Assembly (NCBI GenBank): GCA_050084515.1
Contig: CM114271.1
Location: 46,314,001-46,378,000, forward strand
Source: Blasia pusilla
Taxonomy: Eukaryota
DNA: 64,000 bases
Direction: 5' to 3'
Each line of letters starts with the position of its first letter. Within the stretch, counting starts at the first letter, position 1. Below are positions 53,085 to 64,000 of the stretch, piece after piece. The position numbers and the translations under genes were made by a program. The notes under the pieces are model-generated. The model did no database searches and was not told the origin of the DNA. It saw only the letters and a list, made by a program, of their open reading frames with translations.

Positions 53085-56000
53085 CATGGGAATCTTGGTG
53101 TATTTGCAAAACATCCTAAGAAGTCCAAGGGTGTCTCTCCCGATCATCCGTGGTGTATCAATCTCCTTAGTTCTCATCCCCAACCACTGCCTCAACCGTC
53201 TCAAGAGGCATGGGGCTCACCAACGCAGATAATAATGTAATCCTGAAACGACGTTCCTGAAAGCGCTTCAAGTCCATTGTTGACCTAAGATAGCCATGAT
53301 GCCTTTGAGAGGGAGAGCTGAAAATCTCCCATCGTCGCTCTCGCTCATCACGTTAGGCTCCACTGCTATTCCCAAAGTCCATTGCCTCCTTGAATGCAAA
53401 GGAAGCGGGAAAACTCACCAATGTGGGAAAGGCTTCTCGTGGCATGCCAATCCTATTGACCACAGCCAACGACGGTCGATCATCGTGCCTCATTTCCTGT
53501 GATTGACGGCCCGGATTCAATATGGAATCCACCAACAAATCATAGGGGCGCTCCACTCTCGCATACACCCTCCGCAATAACTCATGTGGCACCAAGTTGG
53601 TCCGAGTAAAAACGCGGGCGATGTGCTCGTGTTCCACACTCTCCGCATCCAACCACACTACTGGGTCGATCCATGCACATCTCTGTTGTGCACTCGTCAC
53701 CACGCGAGACCGTGAATCGCCCAAAATCGGCACATTCTCCATAATGTATGGTGGAGAAAGAGATTGATCCTCCTGCAAGGCTCACAAAATTTGTATAATC
53801 TCCTTAAACAACCTGGACCGAGAGTCAACTAACCCGCTACCTCGTCCAACATTCCATTGGCCCTGACACGGCCAACCAGCAATGACCAAGTCTATGGTCC
53901 CTACCCGCTCCAAGTCCTGCGCCCCCAACAATGAAATGTCCCTCGGTAGGGAACTCTGGTAACCCTGGATGGCAAACGCAAACAACAAGTTGGGAAAGCT
54001 TTGGCATAACTGCGCCACATGGTGAAGTGAAGCGCGCCTCGCAACATCATCAACCTCCACATACATGTACTGTTGCACGCCCAATCCTCCATCCAAAACA
54101 ACAGCTAAGCCAGTGTTGATCCCTCCAAAGAGATGTAGCAGACGAATACCCTCCTTTGGGATGCACCACACAATCGAGGTGGTGTCCAAAGGGGTCATAG
54201 TAGCACTCATGGCTACCTCGGGTTCCTCTGATCCGTCACGCTCTAATGCAAATATCTCACTCCATGCCGTTTGCACATGCTCGGCCGCTAAGCGTTGAAG
54301 CTCCTTTATCGAGCCCCAAAGTGGCACCTCTCCTCCACGGAATGATTTGGCTACCATGACACTCCTCTCCATACAAATATCAGGGACAGAAGTATCCTCT
54401 GAATGCACATGTCCTCAATCAAATCACTAGGCCAGTGAGGACGCTGCTAAGGCTTCCATCTCTCCTGGCCTTCGCTCGATCACTCCACCGATGAATCGAA
54501 CGGGTAATGAGCTAAGGCGCCCATCACCTGACTACCATTCTAGTCTGTAGGACGTTGACTCCTCCTAGTAATCTAGGGAAAACCCTATCGGGTACAACAC
54601 TGCTCCACCAACCAAGACGTCGTAGGACTCTTCATCAGTCACTATCACCTTGGCTCGCACCATAGACTCATATGTAGGATGTCTTGGGCAAATCCTCACC
54701 ATGACCTCCTATCGGGTGATATACTACGTGGTAATCGCTCCATCCAAGGATGTCTGTACCCGAAATGGGCAATGCTCCACATCTGCTCTCGTCAAGCCTA
54801 ATCCTCTAAATGGCTGCTTTCCCCAACATCAGCGGTTACGCTCCTGAATCCAACAAGACGCGATGCAAACTAAAAACTCTACCTCTTGGACTCACCAACT
54901 GGAAGAGCTCTCCCTCGGTTATCTAGCAACACAACACCAGGAGAAGCCATGGCACGCTCTATCGCGGGTCTAGCGGGCATCTCCACCATCCTAGCAGCCG
55001 CAACCTACCATGAATTTGACGTGGACAGCCCGAGCATAGGCTCCAAGGGTAGGTCCATCACCTCCTTTGTAATCACCTCAGAACATTATACAAGAACTCC
55101 AACTCCACGCTCTCATAGCGTAGTGGCCAACCATAAAACCTCGGCGGGCGTACCTCCCAATGTAATAATATCGAAAGTAGAAAACAAAGGAGTACGGTAC
55201 ACAATGGTGGCCGCCCCCAACATTAATGTGCTCGACACATGCCCCTCATGAGCATCAGCAATATGAGTCGTCCCACTTTCTTCTCCCATCACCTTCTGTG
55301 CCTGCACACCAACAACATCACCAACCCTATGAGAACTCTAATCATAACCCATTGATGGGGTCCTCATCGCCTTAGACAACATGAAAGATAGAGGAAGCCT
55401 GAGGTGTTTCCTGGCTTCCCCTTGGTGTGGATCCAACTCGGTGACTTCTCCACGTGTAACAATTGCGGCGGCCTCCATTTGGGGACCCCGCATATCCAAC
55501 CAAGATCCTCCATATCTTTGGCTGCTCCATATAACATTGATACCACCGATCCGACATCGGATAACCTCAGTGTCATAGCGGCAATCTGATGTTGTGGTTG
55601 CTGTATCTGAACAACCCTCCCAGCCTCACGCCCGACGTCTCCCTCAACACATCTATATGGTGGAACTCTACCTCTTCCACGGGAAACTCCACCACCCCCT
55701 CTGATAACTCCAGCTCCTTGTCCCCCAACAGGACCACCTGGTGCACGACCTCTAGGCCCACCCGGACCAGCAACTTGCTTTGGCGCCCTCTCTAGCCCTC
55801 GGTCCGGACATAACTCAAGGTGCAAGCTGAAATACCTAGCGCGTGTGTGACCGTACCTTTGATAATAGTTACATAGATAACCTCTTCATGTAGCACCATC
55901 TCCTCCTCCATGCTGAGGCACGCGTTTATGCCCCTGACGAGTGAAATCGCCTTGATGATGGGCTCCACCACATGACCTACAAGAAATCGTAGACGGCTGC

Positions 56001-58380
56001 TGTTGAGCTGCATATGAAGATGCAGGTCTCTGTGGCATGGCTTGTTGATATCCTCCTTGAGCTCATGGTGTCACAAACCTATCTCTGAATCCACGTTGCT
56101 GCATTGGTGGTGCAGGCAATCATGATTGCTCTCGCCCAGAATCCATGATGGCTATGGTCTCCTCCGCCATGTTGCGCTCAATGTTTTTGGCGGTCCTACT
56201 GGAAAGGACGCCCCCTGATCGGTCTCCTCAACATGGGCGCGGACGTCAATCTGTCCTTGAGCAGTTGGAATGCTCTCTCTTGCTCATCCCCCTAGTGCCA
56301 CTCATGATCCACCTTGGTTAGCAAGGTTAGCAACTTTGCAATCGAATTAAAACCCTTGAGGTACCGTCGATAGAAGTTTGCCAATATTATGAATGCACAA
56401 ACTCGACTCACATCTGGAGGGCGTGGAATGCGTGAAATAGCCTCTACCTTCATCTGATGCACACCAACGCCCCTTGGATATATCATATGACCTAGGTACT
56501 CAATCTGGTCGTAGAAGAACTTGCACTTTCCTGGATGTAGCTTCAACCTATGTAACTGCAATCGTCGAAACACCTCCTCTAGATTTCGTTCATGCTCCTC
56601 AACTGTGGCGGTAAAGACTACGATGTCATCAATATAACACCTAGCAAAATCCAAACTTGTCAAGAGTAGTGTCCTTGAAAGATTGGCGTGTCACTCGACA
56701 ACTCAATGGGGATCTCTGGACCCTTTAGCGTACCCAGATCATGCATACTAAATGAAAAACACCTCCTATAACTCCTCAGAAACTGATGTATCCGGCGCCG
56801 CTCAACGTAGGGGAGATGTTCATAAAAAGCACCCCCTCCCGCAACTATGTCTACAGAGGGTCCGATCCAGCATTGCGTACCATGACTGGATAGCCCGAGC
56901 CTCTGTCATCCCCTAAGTGATAGTAATCAACTAGCGCAAGCATGTGTAGGCCTCACGCAAACTCTCACCCAAGCGCCTCTGGAAGTTGTGGATGCTCCGC
57001 AACTTCTTCGTCCGTACCCCTTGATAGCTCGCCCTCAACTCAACGAAGAACTCAACCACGGGGTTGAACCTGGGACAAACTCGATTGGATGATGCAACTT
57101 CTCCAGTGCGAGTCATCCCTCTTACAACATCACTGGCAAAGGAACCCTCTCCTGACTCCTCATCCTCATCTGGAAACGACTCAGTCCATAACACAAAGTG
57201 TGGGTCATAGTAGAATCTGTACGCCTCAATCTCATAGGCATATCTTTGCGAGAACTCATGGTAATTGTCCATGGGTGCCCCCTCTAAATGTTGGAACATT
57301 CGGTTCTTTGTTGTAAATGGGTTGAACTCTCTAGAGTTCCTAGCCCGTTGTGATTCACACCAACTCCGTAATGAAATCGTGTAACTCTATAGTACCTACA
57401 ACATCCAAAAACCTACGCGGTCCTCTACCCCGCTCATCTTTTTTATACGCCCAACAAGTAGGACCACTCAATATGCGGGGTGGATCACTAATACACTCCT
57501 CTACACTCTCCCCCTCGTGTGAAGACGACAGAGAAGAACATTGAGGTGGTCTCTCACGTAGAGACCCTCGAGACCTCGCACCACTCTGGGTAAACCCTCT
57601 AGAGTTAATCTCAAGTCCACCACCTTGTCTCTCAAAGTCCCGAAAGGACGCAGTGATGGCCCTCATGCCCCCTCACACGATCAATCTCAATCTTGCGAGT
57701 ACTCACTCAATCACTCACACTACGCATGCGGCATTCAATCTACACTCTCTCACTAAGACGTGTGCTATGCGGCAACAAGCGACGTGGTGCGGAAAATCAT
57801 CTCTTGTCTTATCAACTCATCCACAGGACACATCCTCAACTCTAGACATCCCATACATGTCTATGTCCCCTACACTCGTACATCATTGATGCTCTCAGCA
57901 TCAGCACGAAACCCAATATCCCCAAATAACTTTCCAATATCCGGAGTTCCCTAACACGTGCAGGGCAAAAAACCAGAATGGATAATATGAATAAATGTAT
58001 GTGTCGCTCCTCAACAACTGCAAAACCTCGACCCCAACTCGGTTGTGAAGACAACTCCTCCAAATAGTACATCATACTCTCATGGTGGTGAGGGTGCTCC
58101 AAAACATCCTCGATGTGCGATGCGGATCCAACGGTATGGTACGGCACTAGCGGCACATAATGGCTACGAACGACACGACACTTGATAATGGGGTGCGGCA
58201 CTTAGCGGCATACCTCCTCAATATCAACAGAACATAATCTACTTCACCATGATTGTACGGCTCCGTGATCAAGACGGTATGGTGCGGCCACAAGCGGAAT
58301 GGCGCAACAATTGGTGGCGCGTTGCAACGATGGGCGTCACGGCACCGTAGTGGATCGTCGCCGAGCGGCTGCCACCTCAA
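53085..58380 (-). mobile_element. DNMT-Gypsy copy C: leader, gag, protease and DNMT; rearranged and truncated
   Basis: Collinear nucleotide similarity to copy A from about 2540 to 7205. Confidence 0.92.
53270..54180 (-). pseudogene. DNMT3-like C5 cytosine methyltransferase domain (copy C)
   Basis: IRLLHLFGGINTGL, YMYVEVD, IDLVIAGWPCQG with intact PC, IMENVP, HIARVFTRTNL. Confidence 0.92.
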
Positions 58381-58399
58381 GACATAGCAAAGGGAAGAA

Positions 58400-61300
58400 A
58401 AAACTTGGACCCCATGAATCAATAGGTTACTTTTCATCTTGAAATGGTCAATCCTCAACGGGTCGGTGATGGACAGGTGCAACGTGATACCAGCGAACAG
58501 AACAAAAATCAAAAAAATCAAGTGTCCATAGGACCCACCGTCCTATTTCTAACGGTGCAAGAACAGCTGAGGAGGGTCGTCAACGAAGGCGTCAAATGGA
58601 GCCGGATGGAGTCGGACGGAGTGGATGGTGCGTTGGCGGACAGCGGGTTTCGGCGGACGGAACAAGGAGGCCGTCACAATAGCAACACAGGCCGCCGTAG
58701 CAAAATAGGTAGGAACGCGACTACTACAGGCGGGGCGCTTCATTATGAAGCACTTCGCAGTATCACGAGGAACCAAGTGCAGTGTCGGGCTTCGGGTTCT
58801 CTCAAAGAGGAGAATGCTTTGGTCTTCAACAAAGCGCGAAGAGGCACACAGACTTCGTTTGTAAATCAAGACCAAGAAAACCTAGTTGTTATCCCACGCG
58901 CCACGCTCTAACCGGCGGCGGCGGTGTTGTCATATCTGCGCCGCCACATCCAAGAAACCGTTAAGGGATTGCATCAACATAAGTCAGTGGCTACTACCCG
59001 GGCGTTCATTTTCATGGATGGAGAGCCTCCAAGGTTTCGCAGCATGTTGAAGCGCGGAGCAGACAATGATCAACCTTCGCCACTTCGCTCGACACCCACG
59101 ATGCCTCGTGAAGACCGAGCTCCCATCATGTGAAGCGCGGCCATGCCAATTAATAAGCTTACGCCCGAGTTAATCAAAGCGCTTGAAGAGCGGTCACTGG
59201 TGATTTTTTTCCAATCAAATTGGACTCTTACCTCATGAGAGCTTCTCGAGGAGGTTTGATCTTCGACTGGGGCCGCCAAATTCAAGAAACAGGGGTTCTG
59301 TTACCGAGCCCAACCACAAAATTGGACTCCAAATGATTGGAGGGCAACGTATATGCTTCCTACCGCTCCTAAGTATGAATATGACATTGACTTATTGGTG
59401 AAGCACAAAGATCTGCTGGCTCTGGGATATGTGACGTCAGATCACTTAGGAAGGAATGGCTATAAAGCTACATCCTTGTCCCCACTCTTGTTCGGACAAT
59501 TTTGCAAGCACTTGATGGCCTTGTTCTATCCTGCCCATTCTTACTACTTGACTAATAAGCTTTTCAAGATGTGCTATGTGTTGTGGAATCAACATTTGGA
59601 ACCCGAAGCACCGGGTGTAGACTTCCCTACCTTCTCGGATGGACAAGTGCACGGGATGATCAAAACGCTTCATCTGAGTACGAAGTCTTTCTTATCGCCT
59701 TTCTTAATTCATTTTTACATTCGTAAGAAGGAATTGATGGCGGATGAGGCGCTGGATTGGACGCAATTGACTCCGGTGCGCATGCCTAAGACAGGTGACA
59801 CTTCCGCTTTGGGAAGCCGCAAAGTTACGCCAACTCACAAAGCAAGTCGGAGGCGACATCAGCCTAGTTCTTCTTTGGGCAAAGACGAAGATCGACCCGA
59901 AGTACCAAGAACAAAGCGCGGACAGGCAAACTTTGAGATGCCTTCGGACACAGACCTTGCACCACCAGAAGATCTAGTTGAGACACCCAACAGTACCGAC
60001 GCCTCCCACACTCTTCGTCACATGCTGAGGACTTCAACGCATCTTTTGTGGTTCTTGAATCTGGCCATACGAGTAATGAACCATCTACAGAAGGTATTAC
60101 GCGTGGGCGATGAGACATAGGCAAAATAATATATCCAAGCGTTGAATGACCTTGACAACAACACAAAGTCTTTGTTAGAGAACGAAGCACAACGAAGCCT
60201 GGTACAGCAATAGCTCGAGCTTCACAATCAAGAGCTTGATGACACTAAGGCGACGCTTTGTAAAGCTCAAGCCGAGTTGGTACAAGTGCAGTATGAATCT
60301 CGGAATGCACGACAATGGGAAAGTTTGGAATTCAATATAGAGTTTGGGGCGGATTAGTTGGTTGCGCAAGTCAAGCATGCTTCGTAGCTGATTCGGCAGT
60401 ATCAACAACAAGTGGCTCTTCTACAAACGGAATTCAAGAAAGTTGCGGGGCATAATGCTTTAATGTCCAAATTACTATAAGATCAGCAAGAAACCAACAC
60501 TGACTTGGTAGCACAATGGTCGAAGGCCACAGGGAGGATCTCAATCTTGAAAGCATAACACGTGATGTGCACGTGGACCCGGAAGACGCTAAGGAGATCA
60601 TGGAGGAGGCCGGGAAGAACTTCGAGCAAAAGATGATCGAAGAAATAGCATATGTCAACAAACACTAGAAACGCCAATTCGATAACCATGCAAAGCCACT
60701 TCCAAAAGTGTCACCAACCATTACGGTCGCACTTGAAGAGCTTCCTTTCTGTACATCCTCAGATGTCTTAGTCTAGAACAAAGTGCTTGGGACTTTGTTG
60801 GTCGTTGTTAAGTGGAGAGATAAAATGAGGAATCACACGCCCAAGATCATCAACAAACCTTAGATTATTCATGGCCATTTTCCCCCTGCTACTGAGTTTG
60901 AAGGATTAGAAGATACATTTATGGATTCAGATGTAGAAAAATTAAGTATTCGCCAGGGCGGCTAACATTTGAGGGAGGGGGTATATGATACCCATAATTT
61001 TGTAATTTTGCAGATTAATACAATTTTATTCAACCTGAGTATGGATCTCTTCAAGGATTAAGCCTATTTGAAGTAAAGTTTGTATATACAAGACTGTCTT
61101 GAATATTATTTGTGCGTATTGGATATAATGAGGAGTATTGGAGTGGATCATGAAGCTCCTAGGATAAGGCAGAGAGATGGAATATCAAGGATTTTGCCTT
61201 GGAGGAGAGGGAAATTAACTCACAAAGTCTAAAGACCAAAAGGGAAGGTTGTCAAAGACAACGAAGCCTAATTAAGAACCTAGTTATGGAGTGCTTCACC

Positions 61301-62325
61301 CTTTAACGAAGCACAAAGAAGAAGCAGATGTACTTTGCTCTTCAACGAAGCACCAAGACCAAGAAGCAGTGCTTCGCGGGAGAACGAAGCATTTGGAACA
61401 AGCGCGAAGAATGCAGCGCTTTGTCTTTAGAAGAAGAGGAAGAGCTTTGTCCTTGAAGGAAGAAGAAGAGGTCTTGACTTCGCATTAAAGAGAAGACTGG
61501 TCACGATTTCAAGCAACACACTATTAGAGTAGTTAGGCTAGTAAGAGGCGTGACTTTTCGGAGTAGATAGGAAGGTAGGACAGTTATGACCAGCGGATTC
61601 GTATGGATCACAATAAGAGTAAAGAGAACCGTAGATTTAAGTAGTTAAAAGATTCCAATAGGTGCTTACTTAGCAAGAAGCGCTTCAGATTATTAGTACT
61701 TATACCTTCTGGAAGGATATTTAAGGATCATGAACACAACTATCATCATTATTCTCTTATAATATCCTTATGCTGTAAGAATGGTCCGAGTGGGAGAATA
61801 GTAACCTCTCGTGCTTGTATACACTTTGAAGCTTTCTTGTTCTTGATGGAATAGTAAAGAACCCATTTCTTCATTTTGATGTACGATGCACATGTATGAG
61901 AATTCTTATTGGGTATGCAGAGTGAGGAGTGGAGTAGGAGAGAAAATTTCACCAATAGAATAATCAACATCGAGATGTGAGAAATCTGTTCGACCGAGAG
62001 TAGCCTTCCAAGATAGATTGAGTTCCGAAAGTAGGAGAAGCCTTCTTCTTGTTGAGATCTCTATGAGGTTCTTTGGTGTTGAGTGAAGATCTACCTGAGC
62101 GTGAATTCAATTCTACTAGAGAGAATCAAGGAAAGACATTGTGGTACTAATGGAGTGAAGAATATGATGATAACTGATTGAATCCTAATTGTATATACAT
62201 AACTACAACTATTGCAAGATAAACCCTAATTTAAACTCTCTTTTCAGATCATCGTGATCCTCTTGAGGATCGAACTCGTTAAATTACCATCAAAAGATCA
62301 ATTCTTATAATTCTTGTACATTACA
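58400..62325 (+). mobile_element. 3' half of a different LTR element: accessory ORF remnants, PPT and an LTR of about 1.3 kb
   Basis: 255-aa ORF 59353-60120 and coiled-coil-like remnants; PPT GAGGGAGGGGG 60971-60981, then TGATACCC; candidate end ...TTACA at 62325. Confidence 0.55.
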
Positions 62326-62669
62326 TGTAGTCGTTATATCGGAGAGAGCGGCGGATGGACGAAGTAGGGGGGGGGGGACCTACTGCATTCGACTTTGACT
62401 CAAATATTTCCCCTCAAATTGGGCTCCGCCCTCCTCAACTGGGTTAGCCATAAATTTGGCTGACATATCCCTCAACAACTGGGTCAACTTCTCCCTAAAA
62501 TACATTTCCACCATATTTCTCCTTAAAATCACAAGTCCCCTTATCCTATCCACCAGAAGAAAAATATTTTTTTTCTACCACTGAAGAATTTACTGACGAT
62601 TTTCCAATTTCACTCCCATCTTGGAACGATGGCTATGGCAGCCACACAAGAATGATCATAACTCCATGC

Positions 62670-63623
62670 TCCAATCTCCAAATTGCACATTGTTTCTTCT
62701 ACGGTGTACACAACTTTTTGATCTACAAACTTATCAAATTGGTTTTTCCATTCAACCTTCCAATAAAAATTGAAGGGGATTGTTGTGCAGCCTAACGTCT
62801 CTTCTCCTACACAAAAATTGGTAGCGCTTCCGCGCTGATTTCTCCCAACAAAATTTTAAAACCTATGCACATATAAACCATAAAGCTACACGATACTCCG
62901 GAGAGCACTAGCATGGGGCAACCAGCCCTCATACTCAATCCCTATCAAAAATTGGGATGCGCTTTCGCGCGCCACTCTTCCACACGAAAAAATGGCAAAG
63001 GAAACATCAAAAGTGAGCGGCTCTTGGTCCGGTGAGCACTCCCATGAACTGTTGAATGGGAAATATAATCCCCAACCATAAAAACAAGCAAGTGACTAGC
63101 AAGCTCCCCCATTAAGCGCTCTCACTCACTCATTCTCTCTTTGTAAAATAAGATCCAATCTCTCTCAACACCATAACTCTCAAATGTGTGCACTATCTCT
63201 CATGTCAAACCAAACCCAGTCTCCTAATGAGAGGCTTGGATTACACTCACAAGGCAAGGGACCACAGCTCCTCCGCCTCGTGCCAAGAGCTTCAACAAAG
63301 AGAGAATGAGCTCTCTCTCTCTCTCTCTCTCAAGCTCTCTCCTCGATAACCTATGCTCGTAGGTCACCTCCTTGGCTCTTGACCTGCTATAGCGGTCAAG
63401 GGCCATTTCCCAAAGTGGAAATCCAACTATACTCTAATAAGAAACTTACCCAAAATAGTGAGCTTCTCTATATGGCTCCAAATGAGCCGAAACGAAGCGA
63501 AAACTTGCTCTCGCAAGTTACCCATGGCCTCAGCAGGTCATCCTCGATCTCTTGAGGCTATCCTCCACAATCCCCGAAGGCGCGCTACTAGATCTTGTCG
63601 ATCTATCCTAAATGATCGTGACA
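62670..63623 (-). repeat. LTR-like repeat of the DNMT-Gypsy family
   Basis: Aligns by eye with 7620-8562 and ends at the same TGACA terminus. Confidence 0.85.
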
Positions 63624-63740
63624 ATGGTTTACGTGGGAGGAGACACATTATTACGAGTTTGGGAGGATGATAGAGTATGTGTGGTGTCTCATCCTTTATA
63701 GAAAGTATAATTGATGCAACATAACCAAAAGGAGTTAACT
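63624..63740 (+). pseudogene. Short integrase N-terminal fragment of the DNMT-Gypsy family
   Basis: Reads (with a frameshift) FTW...LLRVWEDDRVCVVSHPL...LMQHNQKEL, compared with RFRWEGTHVLRVWEDGRVRIVPHPL...LVQHAHEEL in copy A. Confidence 0.7.
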
Positions 63741-64000
63741 ACAACAATTGCCATCCCCGACGTAACAACCTCACATCCCATGAGGTCCATGGGGATTTCT
63801 TTCAATCATCTCTTATCTCTTCATTAATCCCCACCAATCTCTACCTTGGCCACTACATATGTCTTCTTGATGGGAACAAGGTTAACAAGTGCAATAACTA
63901 TGATGTTTGGCAATCCTATTCGACGCTACTCAATTCTAGTAGTAATGGTATAGTCAATACTCCTAAGGGGGAATCCCATCATGGGCTCTCTCTTATCGAT

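Overview
Repeat-rich nuclear DNA from a plant, probably a seed-free land plant. The evidence is a CCCTAAA telomere motif and a plastid rps11 fragment of bryophyte-like sequence; the taxon is an inference. Only one intact host gene is recognisable: a five-exon NAC-beta/BTF3 gene (45223-46862, minus strand). The rest is mostly nested, decayed transposons: two copies of a Ty1/Copia family, a CACTA end, an RTE-like LINE and several other LTR fragments. The main signal is a Ty3/Gypsy family whose pol encodes a DNMT3-like C5 cytosine methyltransferase between protease and reverse transcriptase (three divergent copies) and a PHD finger after the integrase (two copies). This gives a putative writer-plus-reader retrotransposon with an unusual B-A-B 3' terminal repeat. 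All copies here are pseudogenised. Boundaries other than those marked by TSDs, splice sites or termini are approximate, read by eye.
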